A DNA stretch of 64,000 nt from Mycoplasmatales bacterium (GCA_965226165.1 OZ245334.1:205853-269852); one strand, 5' to 3'. Numbered from the stretch's first letter, positions 1 through 15,125 are shown. Notes: generated by a model from the sequence alone, not told the origin. Numbers and translations: made by a program.

Positions 1-1029
1 TTTGCAATAGTTTAAAAGCAAATGAAAATAATTAAAATCATTTAAATTATTTTTATAAAAATATTTAATAAAATCATATTCATAACTTTCTAAAATACTG
101 GTAATTTGGCTTTTTGAAAAATTATTTTTTTGCAAGGATGATAATAAATCAAAATAATTTAACCCTTCTTCTTTTCATACATTTGAAATTAAATCATTTT
201 CTAAAGATAAGGGCATAATATTTGTTTCTCTTATAAAGCGATAATCATGGGTAACAAATTTTTTTCGCATTGAAATTGTCATTTGTTTGTTTTCATCTCA
301 TCTTCTTGTTTCGTTAACAATTTTTTCACCTTTATCTAATTGTTTTGATTGTCTATTTATTTCATAATCAATTGCTTTTTTAATATTATTAAATGAATTT
401 AAATTTTTAATTTCTACTTTTTGCCCAATATTTGAATCATTATGTTTTGCCAAAGAAATATTAACATCACAGCGAAATGACCCCTCTTCTAATTTAGCAT
501 TAGATATTTTGCCATAAAACATTAAACTTTTAAATAGCTTTAAAAACTCTAGAACTTCTTCTTTAGTTTCAAAATCAGGATTAGTTACAACCTCAATTAA
601 GGGGTTTCCACTCCGATTATAATCAATTAAAATTTCTCCATCTTTTCTAATCACTTTTGCTGTATCTTCTTCAATGTGAAGTTGTTGAAAAGTAATTTTT
701 TTATTTGTTAAATTCAAAAATCCTTTTGTTCCAATAGGGTTATAATTTTGGGTAATTTGATAACCTTTTGGTAAGTCGACATAAAAATAATGTTTCCGAT
801 CAAATGACAAAGTTTTTGCAATCTCCATATTAAAAAGTTGACAAGCTCTTATTGCTAATTCTACTCCCTTTTTATTAACAATGGGCAAAGACCCAGGATA
901 ACCTAAAGAATTTTCTGAAATCATAGTGTTTGGTTTTGCATTAAAATCAACTGGAGCAGGATCAAACATTTTAGTTTTAGTCAATAATTCCAAATGAATT
1001 TCAATTCCAATAGTTGGTTTGTATTTCAT
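1..1029 (-). CDS. gatB: Asp-tRNA(Asn)/Glu-tRNA(Gln) amidotransferase subunit B (3' end runs off window)
   Basis: IGIEIHLEL, FDRKHYFYVDLPKGYQITQ, HIEEDTAK, RCDVNIS, VEIKNLNSF motifs; reads through TGA at 298-300 (ETRRWDE) with no TAA/TAG to window edge. Confidence 0.96.
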
Positions 1030-1030
1030 T

Positions 1031-2413
1031 TTATTCACCCTCCTTTAAAATTTCATTTATTAAAGAACCTAATTGCAAGACTTCACCATCCTTAAAAATA
1101 GGGCCCATAACTTCAAAACCAAAAAAATTGTTTTCTATTTTTTTACGAGAAGGAATAATTAAAGAAGGATTCCCACCCATATTAGCAATTTGCATTAAAT
1201 CATCAAGTTTTAATGAGGTGTTGCCATCACTAATTTTATTATTAGGGATTTTTGAACCTAAACTAAATACTAAATCATATTTTTCAAATATCTCATTTAT
1301 TCTATTAATAAATAACCTTCTAACTTTTTTGGCCTTAATATACACATCATTATAATTTTCCTTAGAAATAATGTAACCACCAATTAAAATTCTTTGTTTG
1401 ACAATCTTACCAAAATTTTTAGTTCTTAATATTTTGACATTATTTTTATAATCATTTAAATCAATTCTTTGCCCAAAAGGAATTCCTGTAATTTTTGCTA
1501 ATTCAGATGTTATGTCAGCAAATGTTATTGCTTGATATGTTGGATACAAAACCTTTAACAATTCTTGACCAAACTCAACTTCTTCTACAACAATCCCCCT
1601 TTCTTCTAGTTTTTTCTTAACTTCAAAAAAATGAGGATGATATTTTTTTTCAAAAATTTCCATACTTTCTTTAAAGTAAGCAATTTTTTTAACCTTTATT
1701 TTTTCGTTTAAAATTTGGGAATAATTAATTTTTTTAACATCTGCAGAGGTAAAATCCTTGTCATCAAAACCAGTAGTAACATCTAAAAGCAAAGCAATAT
1801 CTTTTATTGAATTAGTCATAAAACCAACTGTATCAAAAGCAGGTGAAAAACTATGAATTCCTCTTCTTGAAATTAATCCCCATGTTGGTTTAAAACCAAA
1901 AATTCCAACTGCAGCAGCTGGTTTCCTTGAAGAATCACCAGTGTCTGTTCCTAGGGCAAAAGGTACAATCCCTAAAGCCACAGCAGCAGCAGATCCACTA
2001 CTTGATCCATGAATTAATTTAGTTTCATCAATAGGGTTAATAACTGGCCCATTAAAAGAAGATAAACCAGTTCCTCCCATTCCAAATTCATCACAATTGC
2101 TTTTTGCTATGGGAATTGCGCCTTGTTCAAGAAGCTTTTCCACAACTCAAGAATTTTGCCCCGATAAATGGTTTTTAATAGTTTTAGAACTAGAGTGAGT
2201 AATTTTGTTAAAGTGATCATAATTATCCTTAATAATGAAAGGAATATTTTTTAGCAATCCTTGATTTTTATAATCTTGTTCTTGCTTGTAAATTTTTGAA
2301 AACATATTAAATTGTGAATTTAATTTTTGGGCTTTTTGAAAACTTTTTTTAACTTGATTAAGACCTTCTTTTTGACAATCTGCAATTGTTAATGACACTT
2401 TATTATTCATCAT
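1031..2413 (-). CDS. gatA: Amidotransferase subunit A
   Basis: IKDN, KSNCDEFGMG, GSSSGSAAAVA, LGTDTGDS amidase signature; two track ORFs join at TGA 2147. Confidence 0.96.
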
Positions 2414-2687
2414 TATTTTTCTCCATTTTTACAACAACATAATCATTTTTAGTTATTGTGTTTTTGGCAAATATTTCTTGATTTATAGTTTTGTTTTTGT
2501 TGTCATCTCACATAAAAGTTTTCTTCATTTCATATGGAAAAAAAGCTGGCTCAACATTTGTGGTATCAATATTTTTTAACTTTTTAATATTTTTTAAAAC
2601 TTTTTCAAAAATGTCCTTATTAATGATTTCCTCTTTGGCATCATCATTAATAAATAATCATCTATTTATTTCTTTAAATTCTTCCAT
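2403..2687 (-). CDS. gatC: Amidotransferase subunit C (94 aa)
   Basis: Code-4 ORF MEEFKEINRW...IDTTNVEPAFFPYE...DYVVVK between ligA and gatA; DTxNVEP motif typical of GatC. Confidence 0.85.
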
Positions 2688-2688
2688 T

Positions 2689-4686
<1,998 letters not shown>

Positions 4687-4691
4687 AACAA

Positions 4692-5048
4692 TTATTTTTC
4701 CTTTCTTGTATTTAAAGCAACTTTTTGGTCAATTTCTTTAATTTTTGCTTCCAGAATTAAAGATTTTAAAGATAATTTTAAAATTAAAAAATGCATTATT
4801 AAAACTACTACTAAAAGCATCAATAAAAGTCCATTTATTTTTAAAGCATCAGCAATATTAATAAAAAATTTTTCTAAAAAAGGGACAATTAGTAAAAACA
4901 AATAAAAACTACCATTTTTAACTAAAAAGCTAGTTAAACCTAAATTTTGGAATTGCAAACTTAAAGCATTTTTTTTTGCAGTCAAATACAAGTAAATCAA
5001 AAACAAAACAATGATCACTTCTCATATAATTATTAATATCAAATCCAT
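4692..5048 (-). CDS. Small multi-TM membrane protein, DUF2304-like
   Basis: 118 aa, three hydrophobic segments, C-terminal LEAKIKEIDQKVAL coil; directly downstream of a GT2 gene as is typical for DUF2304. Confidence 0.6.
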
Positions 5049-5058
5049 TTTCTTTTCC

Positions 5059-5742
5059 TTATAATTTTAAAATTTTCTTCTTCATTAATAGTAATCAGTA
5101 GCAAAAGGTGATGGGAGGAAAATAGTATCTATTTTTTTTGAAATTATCATTATTTGCTATTAAGTTTATTTCCTTAATTTTAAATTGGTTTTTTATTAGT
5201 TTTTCTAAAACCAAAGGGGTTAATCGTTGTTGTTTGTTTTTAAAAATTATTTCAATCACTTCTTTAGAAACCAAGTTCATTCTACTTTCAGGGTTATAAA
5301 TTTTATTAGGATTATTTTTAGCAAAAACAAAAGCAATCATTTTTTCTCAACGACTAATTTTTTTTCAATGATAGGGAGTAGAAAATTGATTCCCAAAAAC
5401 AACATCATAGCGATTGTCAATTTCCCTAACAAAATTATTAATGTTATTGATCTTATAATTATAACCACCCAAAAAAGTTATGACATAATCAAACTCATGC
5501 TTTAAGGCATATTTATAACCAGTTTCAATTGCCACATCAATTCCCCACTTATTAGCCAAAGAAATAATGTTAAATTTTCTTTTTTGGCAAATAAAAGCAG
5601 TATTATCTGTAGAGTTGTCATCAATAATTAAGTAATTTATTCCTGGATTTAATAATTTTAAATCATTAATAAGTTGAGCAATTTTACCCTCTTCATTATG
5701 CACTGGAATAATGACCAGAGTTTTTTGGAGAAAAAACATCAT
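5059..5742 (-). CDS. Glycosyltransferase family 2 (DPM1-like), degenerate DXD
   Basis: VIIPVHNEE, IIDDNSTDNT, GIDVAIETGY motifs; joins across TGA 5365 and 5095; 227 aa. Confidence 0.8.
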
Positions 5743-7754
5743 TAAATCCTTTTAATAGATTTGTGATTTTTCATCAGGGTTTTAACACCAAATTCATTAC
5801 CAAAATTAACTTCAATCGTTTCTTCATCAACTTTAATAACAACCCCTTCACCAAAAACATTATGTTTAATTCTATCTTCAATAGTTAATTCTTTAGATTG
5901 TCATGTTCCTTGTCTTAAATATTTAGGATTAATGCTTTGCAAAAACCTTGATGCCCCTTTTTGTCTTGAATAAGATAAGTAAAGATTACTAATTGCCCTT
6001 GTAATGGCAACATAAAAAATCCTTCTTTCTTCTTCAACTTCAGCCTCAGTAATTGCCCGATTAGTTGGCAAAATCCCTTCAGAAAGGCCCATAATAAAAA
6101 TGTGGTTATTTTCAATTCCTTTAGCTTTATGAATTGTCATTAATGAAATAGCATTATCTTCATCATTTTCATTAACCCAATCAAGAGCAATATCTGATAA
6201 ATATTTTCCAGCTGTTAAATGAGTGTTGTTTTTACATTGGTTTTCAATAGCGTTCATTAGTTCTTTTAAGTTTTCAATTTTAGAAATATTTAAAGTGTTT
6301 TTTGCTAGTAAACTTCAATATTTTGATTTCATCAAAAGTTCTTTAAAACCTTTGTAAAAATTTTTATCTTCATCTGATGGTGAATTTTCAAAAAGTTGAA
6401 TAAACTCTTTAACTGCAACTAATTGTTTTGCTGAAAATAAACATTCTTTTTGATAAAGAGTTATTGCCATCCATTGGGACACCCCATATTTATTTGCAAT
6501 ATTTTTAATTTCATTTTTCTTTTGTTCCCCGATTCCCCTTTTTGGCGATGAGATAATTTTTTCAAAAGAAATATCATCTTTTTGAATCGAAAATCTTAAA
6601 TAAGCTAAAGCAATCTTGATCTCTTTTCGTTCATAAAACCTTGGCCCACCATAAACCTTAAATCTAATTCCAGCATTCATTAAGGCTTGTTCAATAGAGC
6701 GTGATAAAAATGATAAACGATAAAGAATAGTAATTTCTTTTAATTTAACCCCTTTTTCAGCTAAAATTAAAATTTGTGAAGTTATTCAAGCAGCTTCATC
6801 ATCTTCAACATAACCTTGGTAATAGTTAATTAAATCTCCTACTATGTTTTTGGTAAATAAAACCCTTTCACTATTAAAATTTTCCTTTTGAATAAAATCA
6901 TTAGCAACATTTAAAATATTTTTTGTTGAACGATAATTTTGGGTTAAATAAAAAGTTTTTGTTTTTGGGTAATCTTTATCAAAATTTAAAATTATTTCAA
7001 TTTTTGAACCCCTTCAAGAATAAATGTTTTGGTCAGGATCTCCAACAACACAAATATTTTCATTCTTATTAATAAGTAATTTAATTAATTTATATTGAAT
7101 AAAATTTGTGTCTTGAAATTCATCAACATGAACATATTTAAATCTTTCATTGTAATATTCTTTTACCAGCCTGTTTTTTTCTAAAATTTCAATAGCCTTA
7201 ACTACTAAATCATCAAAATCAAGAGAATTGTTTTGCCTTTGGTAAGCAATGTATTCATCATATATTTGAAATTTATGCTTATCAAAATTAGAAAGATCTT
7301 TATCATTCCTTTTTTCATCACCATTAGTTTTGGTAAAAGTAATAAAAGAAATGATGTCTTTAACATCCATTTCTAATTCATCAATTTCTAATTCCCTAAT
7401 AATTTTTTTAATTAAAGTTTTTTTATCAGTTTCATCCAAGATAATATAATCATGTTTAAAATCATCAATATATTTGTGATTTCTTCTGATTAATTTAGCA
7501 CAAAAAGAGTGAAAAGTTGAAACAAAAACTTTTGATTCACTTTCATCGATAAGATTATTAATCCTATTTTTCATTTCAATAGCAGCTTTGTTTGTGAAAG
7601 TAATTGCTAAAATATCTTTAGGATTAACCTTTTTTTTAATTAAATAAGCTATTCTTTGAACTATTGTTCTTGTTTTACCAGAACCTGGGCCAGCTAAAAC
7701 TCTAATGGGCCCCTCAACACTATTTACAATAAGTTTTTGCTCTTTATTTAACAT
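5742..7754 (-). CDS. pcrA: ATP-dependent DNA helicase PcrA/UvrD
   Basis: AGPGSGKT, TFTNKAA, VDEFQDTN, VGDPDQNIYSWRG, MTIHKAKG, EEERRIFYVAITRA, C-terminal HNVFGEG; 670 aa. Confidence 0.96.
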
Positions 7755-7799
7755 TATTTATCCTTATAAAAATTGTAATAATTATAGCATATTTAAAAA

Positions 7800-9152
7800 T
7801 TAAAACCTAATGCTTCCCGGGAATCTTGGGAAGGGTAAAACATCCCGAATATTTTTAATTCCAGTAACATACATTAAAAGTCTTTCAAAACCTAAACCAA
7901 ACCCAGCACTTGGGGCTGAACCAAACCTTCTTAAGTCAACATATCATTTTAATTCTTCAATTTTTATATTTTTTTCTTTAGCCTTTTTTACTAATAATTC
8001 TGGATCATTCTCCCTAGCTGATCCACCAATTAATTCACCAATTCCTGGCACCAATAAATCAAAAGAATCAACAAATTTATTATCCTCACTAGTTTTCATA
8101 TAAAAAGCTTTTATTTCCTTTGGGTAATGAGTGGCAAAGATAGGGTTTTTATAAACTTTTTCACACAAATAACGTTCATGTTCTGAACCAAAATCCATTC
8201 CTACAAAAATTTTATTTTCTTCAAACTTATGACCACCATCAACTGCTTTTTTTAAATCATTAACTAAATCACTATATTTAATTCTTTCAAACTTTGAATT
8301 AGCAATAGTTTCTAAATTTTTGATTAAATCTATTGCATTTTTTTCACCAAAAAAAGTTAACTCCTTGTGACATCTTTTTACTAATTCCTTAAAACAATAT
8401 TTAATTAAATCTTCCCCATGTTGCATAATTTTATAAATATCACAAAAAGCAATTTCTGGTTCAAGCATCCAAAATTCAGCAACATGACGAGATGTATTAG
8501 AATTTTCTGCCCGAAAAGTTGGCCCAAAAACATAAACATCCTTTAATGACTGAGCCATTGCTTCCCCATGAAGTTGCCCAGAAACAGTTAGTAAAGCTTT
8601 AGCCTTAAAAAAGTCTTTTGCAAAATCTATTTTTTGGTTTTTAGTATTAGTTACTAAAAAACTTTCCCCCGCTCCTTCACAATCATTGCTTGTAATAATT
8701 GGGGCAGCAATATGATAAAAACCTTGCTTGTTATAAAATTTATGGACAATAAAATTTAATTCGCTTCTAATTTTTCAAAGGGCTTTAAAAGTTTTTGTTC
8801 TTGCTCTTAGGTGGGCATTTTCCCTTAAAAATTCAAGAGAATGTTCTTTTTTTTGTAAAGGATAATCACTTTTGACTTCATTAATAATATCAAAACTATT
8901 AATAACCATTTCAAATTCTTGTTTTCCTCTTGACTCAACAATTTCTCCCTCAACACTTAAAGCTGTTCCACTAAGCAAATTAGACAATTTAGGCATATTT
9001 TTATAAATTAATTGAAAAGATTCAAAAGTTGATCCATCATTAAAATTAATAAAACCAATTTTTCCAGAATCACGATTTGATTCAATTCAACCTTCTAATT
9101 TTATTTTTTTATTTAAATGACTATCATTTATTTCACTAATTTTTAAAATCAT
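7800..9152 (-). CDS. asnS: Asparaginyl-tRNA synthetase
   Basis: [55 protein letters not shown]. Confidence 0.97.
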
Positions 9153-9194
9153 ATTTTCTCCTATTTTTAAAATTATATAATATTATAAGAGTAA

Positions 9195-10178
9195 TTAAAA
9201 CTTTATTTGCTTATTTGAACTAGCATCTATTTTTAAATCACTAGTTTTTTTTAACTTAAACATTTTACTAGCAATCATGGCAATCATTGCGGCATTATCA
9301 GGACAATATTCTCTTTTTGGAAACAAGACTTTTGCTGGTAAATCTTGAAACATTTTTTGCAGATTTTGGTTAATACTTACTCCTCCAACAACTACTAAAT
9401 TATTAACTTTAAACTCATCTAAAGCTTTTTTTACTTGTCATTTTAGTTGTTGAAAAGCAGCATATTGAAATGATTTAGCAATTGCTTCTTTACTAATTTT
9501 TTGCTTCTTTTGCTTTAAATTATGCACTTTATTTATTACTGCTGATTTTAATCCAGAATAAGAAAAATTATAATCACTGAGTTTAGAAACAGGAAACTTA
9601 AAATCAAGTTTTCCCTTGCTAGCTAATTTTTCAATTTTTGGACCTCCTGGATAAGGGAAACCTAAAATTCTTGCCACCTTGTCAAAACATTCACCAACGG
9701 CATCATCTAAAGTTTCTCCTAGAAGGGTAAAATCAAATTCTTCTTTCATCAACAACAACTGGGTGTTTCCACCAGAAATAACTAGTGCTAAAGAAGGGTA
9801 AATTATTTTTTGATCAATTTCTATAGAAAAAATGTGTCCAATAAGGTGATTAACAGCAATTAGTGGTTTATTATAAAGAACTGCCAAAGTTTTTGCCATT
9901 TGCAAACCCACTTGCAAGCAACCTATTAAACCAGGAGAAGTAGTGATCGCAAAGGCATCAAAATCATTAAAGTCAATCTTTAGTTTGTTTTTGATTTCAT
10001 CTAATATAATAGGCAAATTTTGTTCATGTAATCTCGCTGCTTTTTCAGGAATTACACCTCCTAAATTAGCAAACTTTTTATATTGAGAAAAAGTTATATT
10101 TTCAATAATTTTATCATTCTTGATAATGGCGATTGAAGATTCATCACAAGATGATTCAATGGCTAATATTAATGACAT
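9195..10178 (-). CDS. tsaD: tRNA N6-threonylcarbamoyltransferase
   Basis: AIESSCDE, GGVIPE, HLIGH, ISGGNT, DDAVGECFDK, FSYSGLKSA, DNAAMIA. Confidence 0.96.
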
Positions 10179-10190
10179 CACAACTCCTTT

Positions 10191-10709
10191 TTAAATTTTT
10201 TTCACATAAGCTATTTTTACATCCCTTCAACTATTTCACCGCTTTGCAAAATTAATTTTTTTAAGCATATTTAAAGCAATATTTTCTATCTTATCACTTT
10301 CTTTTTCATCTGCTGTTAATAAGATTTTATTAGTTAAAATATGATTAACAAATTCACCTTTAAAGTTTTCTTTGTTTGTTGCCTTTAATTTAAATCAGCC
10401 ATTTTTAATATTAGTATGAGCACTTAAAGAATCAATTGTGTAAAGTTTAACTCCATAACAAATTGCTAAAGTTTTAGCAAAAACCATTCCTAATCTAACA
10501 CTAGTAAAAGAACCTGGTCCATTTGTAAAATAAACAATTTTAATATCTTTAAAAGAAGAAGCATTTGCTTTTAAAAATTGTTCAACCTCTCATACCATAA
10601 ATTTTGAAAACTGTCTTTTTAAAGCAATGCTTTTAGATGCAACAAGTAAATTGTTTTGACTAATACCTAAAGTTAAATTTGTTAATGAACAATCAAAAAT
10701 TAAAATCAT
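10191..10709 (-). CDS. tsaB: t6A biosynthesis protein TsaB
   Basis: Code-4 ORF MILIFDCS...TNGPGSFTSVRLG between tsaE and tsaD; absent from the track. Confidence 0.92.
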
Positions 10710-11107
10710 TCTAAACTAACCTTTCTTTGGTTTTGCAAAACCACAATTTTAACAACTAAACTTGGATCTTTAATTTTTAACATTTTTGGCCATTCAATAA
10801 TTGTTATATTGTTATTATAAATGTATTCATCAAATGCTTCTAGGTCTAATGCGTTTTCTAGGCGAAAAGCATCAAGATGGTAAATTATTCCCTTGTTGCT
10901 TTGGTATTCATTAACAATATTAAATGTTGGTGAAACAATATTTTCTCGCACCCCTAATTTTGCTCCTAAAAATTTTACCAAAGTAGTTTTACCACTCCCC
11001 AAATCTCCTTGCAAAAAAATAATTTCATTACCCTGAATTTTTTCAAAAATAATTTGGGCAACTTTTGCCCAATCCTGATATTTATTTACTAGCAAATCTT
11101 TTTTCAT
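10700..11107 (-). CDS. tsaE: t6A biosynthesis ATPase TsaE
   Basis: GDLGSGKTT, VSPTFNIV, HLDAFRL, IIEWP; true stop TAA at 10700-10702 under code 4. Confidence 0.95.
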
Positions 11108-11172
11108 ATTACCAAAATTATATCATTTTTCCTTGTGAGATAATCAAAATAGTGTGATAAAATGAGATTATT

Positions 11173-12135
11173 ATGAATAATTTAAAAATTAAGGATATTG
11201 CCATTATTGGGGCAGGCCCAGTTGGTATTTATGCAGCATTTTATGCTGGTTTAAGGGGAATGGAAGGTTTTTTAATTGAATCAGGCAGTCAAGTTGGTGG
11301 ACAAGCCATGATTGCTTTTAAAGAAAAAGAAGTTTTGGATTTACCAGGACATTTTTCTTTAAAAGGTAAAGAAGTTATAAAAAATCTTCTTTTGCAATAT
11401 CAAAGATTTGAAAAAAGCATAAAGTTAAAAACTAACTTTAATGTTATTGATGTAAAAAAAACTAAAGATTATTTTACAATTATTTCTAAAACTGGAGAAA
11501 AATTACTAGCAAAAACCATTTGTTTAGCAGTTGGTCCAGGAGCTGTTATGCCAGTTAAATTAAAACTAGAAAATGAACAAGATCTAGATGTGACTTATTT
11601 AGTAGAAAACCCCAAAACTTTTCATAACAAAAATCTTGTAATTTTTGGTGGAGGAAATTCAGCCCTAGATTGAGCAAAACACTTTGCTAAAAAAGCTAAT
11701 GTTTCACTTGTTCATAGAAGAAGTGTTTTTCGCGGTAATGAATCAACACTTGCAAGCATCAAAGAAGATGTCAAAATTTTTAACCCATATAAAGTAAAAG
11801 AAATTACTAATAACCAAATTTTTTTGGAAAAATTAAAAACTAAAGAAAAACTTATTCTTGATTATGAAAAAATTATTGTTCAATATGGTTTAAGATCAGT
11901 TTTTGGTGCCATTAAAAATTGAAACCTAGAGTGAGAAAAAGGCAAAATAAAAGTTGATGCCTTTAAAAAGACTAATATTGATGGAATTTGAGCAATTGGA
12001 AATGCTTGTTATTATGAGGGAAAAAATTACATTATTACAACTGGATTAGCTGATGCCATAGTGGCAATAACTTCAATAGCTAAATTTTTAAACCCTAATG
12101 CTTTAGAAACATTTTATTCAACAGATTTTAAATAA
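11173..12135 (+). CDS. TrxB-fold FAD oxidoreductase, YumC/ferredoxin-NADP+ reductase type
   Basis: GAGPVGIYAAFYAGLRG, GGGNSALDWA, LVHRR; no CXXC; 320 aa. Confidence 0.85.
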
Positions 12136-12165
12136 AAAAAACAAAGACTATTCATCTTTGTTTTT
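12136..12165. terminator. Bidirectional rho-independent terminator
   Basis: AAAAACAAAGA-ctattca-TCTTTGTTTTT hairpin between convergent genes. Confidence 0.7.
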
Positions 12166-12172
12166 CATAAAT

Positions 12173-12709
12173 TTAGCTATTTTCTAAATTCTCTTCATAT
12201 TTATTTTGTCATTTAAAGACAAAATTTTCATTAAAAGGATCTTTTTTTTGAATAATCATTTTTTTAATGTTTTCAATTTCAAAAAAAACAATTTTTTCAA
12301 TTTCTTTAGAATAATTATATTTTTCCTTATTTTCCAAATATTCTTTTTTATCTAAAACATTAATCCTTTTACCGAGCTCATATCTTATATCCAAATCATA
12401 ATCAATATATTTTAGTCGCTTTCCATCAATTATTACTGGCGAAGATAAGTTGCAATAAAAATGAATTCCACTTGGTTTAAGCATACAAATAACATTAAAT
12501 CATTTTTTGGTATAAAAAACACATATTGCTGGTTCTTTTGTGTACCACTCTTTGTCATTTGACTCTCTAACCAAGGTTTTATTATTCATTATAATAATTC
12601 TATTCGAAGAGGAACTTAGAATTGTGCCCTTTCTTCATAGTCGGTGAAATTCACCATTATGCTTGTAAGCTATGATAGAAATAGGGCTGCCCATTTCTAG
12701 GTGTTTCAA
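12173..12709 (-). CDS. DUF402 family protein (Ntdp-like nucleoside di/triphosphate phosphatase)
   Basis: TTG start after GGAGG; AYKHNGEFHRLW, WYTKEPAICVF, FYCNLSSP, YIDYDLD. Confidence 0.9.
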
Positions 12710-12756
12710 TTTTTCCTCCCAAAATTATTATATCATTTAAAATATTTTTAAAAAAA

Positions 12757-13275
12757 TTAAAGCAATTTATTTTTTGCTAAAATCAAGGAAATGGGAATTA
12801 AAATAATCATTGGCCAAAATCAAGAGATATTATAAATAATTGACCCAATAAATGGGGTTTGCCAAACTACCATCCCAGAAATTACATAAGAAGAAAAAGC
12901 TATACTCATAACAATTCCTGAGACTAAAACTAAAGTAACATTATTTTTTTTAATTCAAAAAACTAAGAAGCAATAAACAATTTGGGGCAATAAGTAGTCA
13001 AAAAACAAACCAATTGGAAAAACCACATGCTTATAGATTAATATTCAACCAATAAGAACATTAATAATTGTGGCAACAAGAATCATCCAAAATATTTTTA
13101 TTTCTTTAAAAGTTTGTAATAAATAAACAATTGCTATTAAAAGAAATAATACTTTAATATCAAGTGAACCACCATTAGGCATTTTTGGTAAAACGCTAGA
13201 AACCAATTCCCCCACAATAAGTAGTGCTGCAATTAAAGAAATTATGGTAATTTCTTTTGTTGTAATCTTTTGCAT
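12757..13275 (-). CDS. thiT: ECF transporter S component, ThiT-like
   Basis: 172 aa, very hydrophobic; KMPNGGS, FDYLLP, YVISG, SIIYN motifs. Confidence 0.7.
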
Positions 13276-13288
13276 TTGTTAAACCTTT

Positions 13289-14002
13289 TTACAATAACGA
13301 AGCAGCTTCTTCATCTAAGAAAACTTCAACATCATTATGCTTTTGTAAAAAGCTGGCTGGACACTTATCACTACAATCACCCTTAATCATATTAAGGATT
13401 GCTTTAGCTTTGTTTTTTCCACTTGCAATTAGGTAAATCTTTTTTGCTTTTAATATTGTTTCAATTCCCATTGTTATAGCTTGTTTAGGCACGTCTTCAT
13501 CATTTTCAAAAAACCTAGCATTAGCTTTAATTGTTGATGACGTTAAATCAACAATCCTTGTTTTTGAATCAAGTGTTGAACCTGGTTCATTAAAAGCAAT
13601 ATGACCATTTTCTCCAATTCCTAAAATCTGTAAATCAATTGCTTTTTCATTAACTATTTTTTCATAATCAATAATATTTTGTTCAATATCACCAACCCCT
13701 AAGGGAATATAATAATTTTTTATATCAATATGATTGAAAAGTTTTTCTTTCATATAATAGTCATATGATTGATCATGAGTTGGTTTTAATCCAACATATT
13801 CATCAAGATTAAAAGCCACAATATCTTTATAAGAAGTGTGGTTTTCTTGATGGTCTGCTATTAGGTTTTCATAAAAAAGTAATGGCGAAGATCCAGTTGC
13901 TAACCCCACTCTAGCATGAGGATTATTTTTAATAATTTTAATGAATTCTTCAGCCATTATTTTTGAACTATCATCATGACTTTTATAAATTCTAATTTTC
14001 AT
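13289..14002 (-). CDS. nagB: Glucosamine-6-phosphate deaminase
   Basis: GLATGSSP, FNLDEYVGL, LGIGENGHIAFNEPG, AITMGI. Confidence 0.97.
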   Translation of the reverse strand: MKIRIYKSHDDSSKIMAEEFIKIIKNNPHARVGLATGSSPLLFYENLIADHQENHTSYKDIVAFNLDEYVGLKPTHDQSYDYYMKEKLFNHIDIKNYYIPLGVGDIEQNIIDYEKIVNEKAIDLQILGIGENGHIAFNEPGSTLDSKTRIVDLTSSTIKANARFFENDEDVPKQAITMGIETILKAKKIYLIASGKNKAKAILNMIKGDCSDKCPASFLQKHNDVEVFLDEEAASLL

Positions 14003-15125
14003 TTTTAAACTCCTTGGATACAACCTTCCCTAACACCATTGTCATCTTTAAATCTATATCTTTTGACAAAGCTATTAAGTCTGCATCATAACCTATTTTT
14101 ATTCTACCCTTATTTTTTAAATTGTGGTAATCAGCAACATTTTTTGAAGCCATCACTAGGGCATCTTCTAAAGAAAATTTAGTATGTAAGACAAGATTTT
14201 TAACAACATCAATCATTCCAGCAACTGATCCAGCAATATTACCACTGGCAATTCTTACTTCTAGTCCTTTTTTAAATATTTTCTCTCCACCTAATAAATA
14301 CTCACCATCTTTGCAACCTGCACACATCAAAGAGTCAGTTATAAGCATTGTTTTTGCAACTTTTTTCATTTTAATAAAGTTTTCAACTTGTAAAAAAGTA
14401 TTATGAATTCCATCACAAATAATTTCTCCATATAAATCACTTCTTGCACAAAAACCACTTGTTTCATTTTCTAGTGATTTTGGCATCGCATTATAGGCGT
14501 GAGTTATCCCCTTTGCTCCATTTTTGATTGCTAAGTTAACTTGCTCCTCATTAGCCATAGTATGACCAATTTGAGCTTTAATATTTTTGCTAGCACAATA
14601 TTTGGTTAAATGCATTTCTTCATCTTCTTCAGGAGCATAAGTAATTATTTTTAACTGCCCTTGACTAGCTTGAAAAAACTTTTTTAGTAATTCAACATTT
14701 GGTTTTATAATATATTTTCCGGGTTGAGCTCCCTTTTTAATTTCAGAAACAAAAGGACCTTCCATATGAATACCTAAAATCTGGGATTCTCCTTCTTGGT
14801 GCTTATGTCTTATTGTGTAGTCAATCATTTTTAAAATTTTTTCTTCACTTTGAGTAATTGATGTAGCAAATAAACTTGTTATTCCTGATTTAACTTTGGT
14901 TTTTAAAATTTTATTGTATGCTTTTTGGTTTGCTTCCATAAAGTCATGGCCACCCGCTCCATGGGTGTGATTATCAATAAAACCAGGAGCAAGAATGTCA
15001 AATTCATAATCAACTTCTCCATCATAACTTTTTAAAATGTTAGTAATTTTTTTGCCTTCAATTTTAAGAAAAAGATTTTCTTTGAATTGATCATTTATTA
15101 ATACTTTTTTTCCTTTTATGATCAT
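13992..15125 (-). CDS. nagA: N-acetylglucosamine-6-phosphate deacetylase
   Basis: PGFIDNHTHG, GIHMEGPF, THAYNAM, DGIH, LITDS, IAGS. Confidence 0.96.
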   Translation of the reverse strand: MIIKGKKVLINDQFKENLFLKIEGKKITNILKSYDGEVDYEFDILAPGFIDNHTHGAGGHDFMEANQKAYNKILKTKVKSGITSLFATSITQSEEKILKMIDYTIRHKHQEGESQILGIHMEGPFVSEIKKGAQPGKYIIKPNVELLKKFFQASQGQLKIITYAPEEDEEMHLTKYCASKNIKAQIGHTMANEEQVNLAIKNGAKGITHAYNAMPKSLENETSGFCARSDLYGEIICDGIHNTFLQVENFIKMKKVAKTMLITDSLMCAGCKDGEYLLGGEKIFKKGLEVRIASGNIAGSVAGMIDVVKNLVLHTKFSLEDALVMASKNVADYHNLKNKGRIKIGYDADLIALSKDIDLKMTMVLGKVVSKEFKNEN

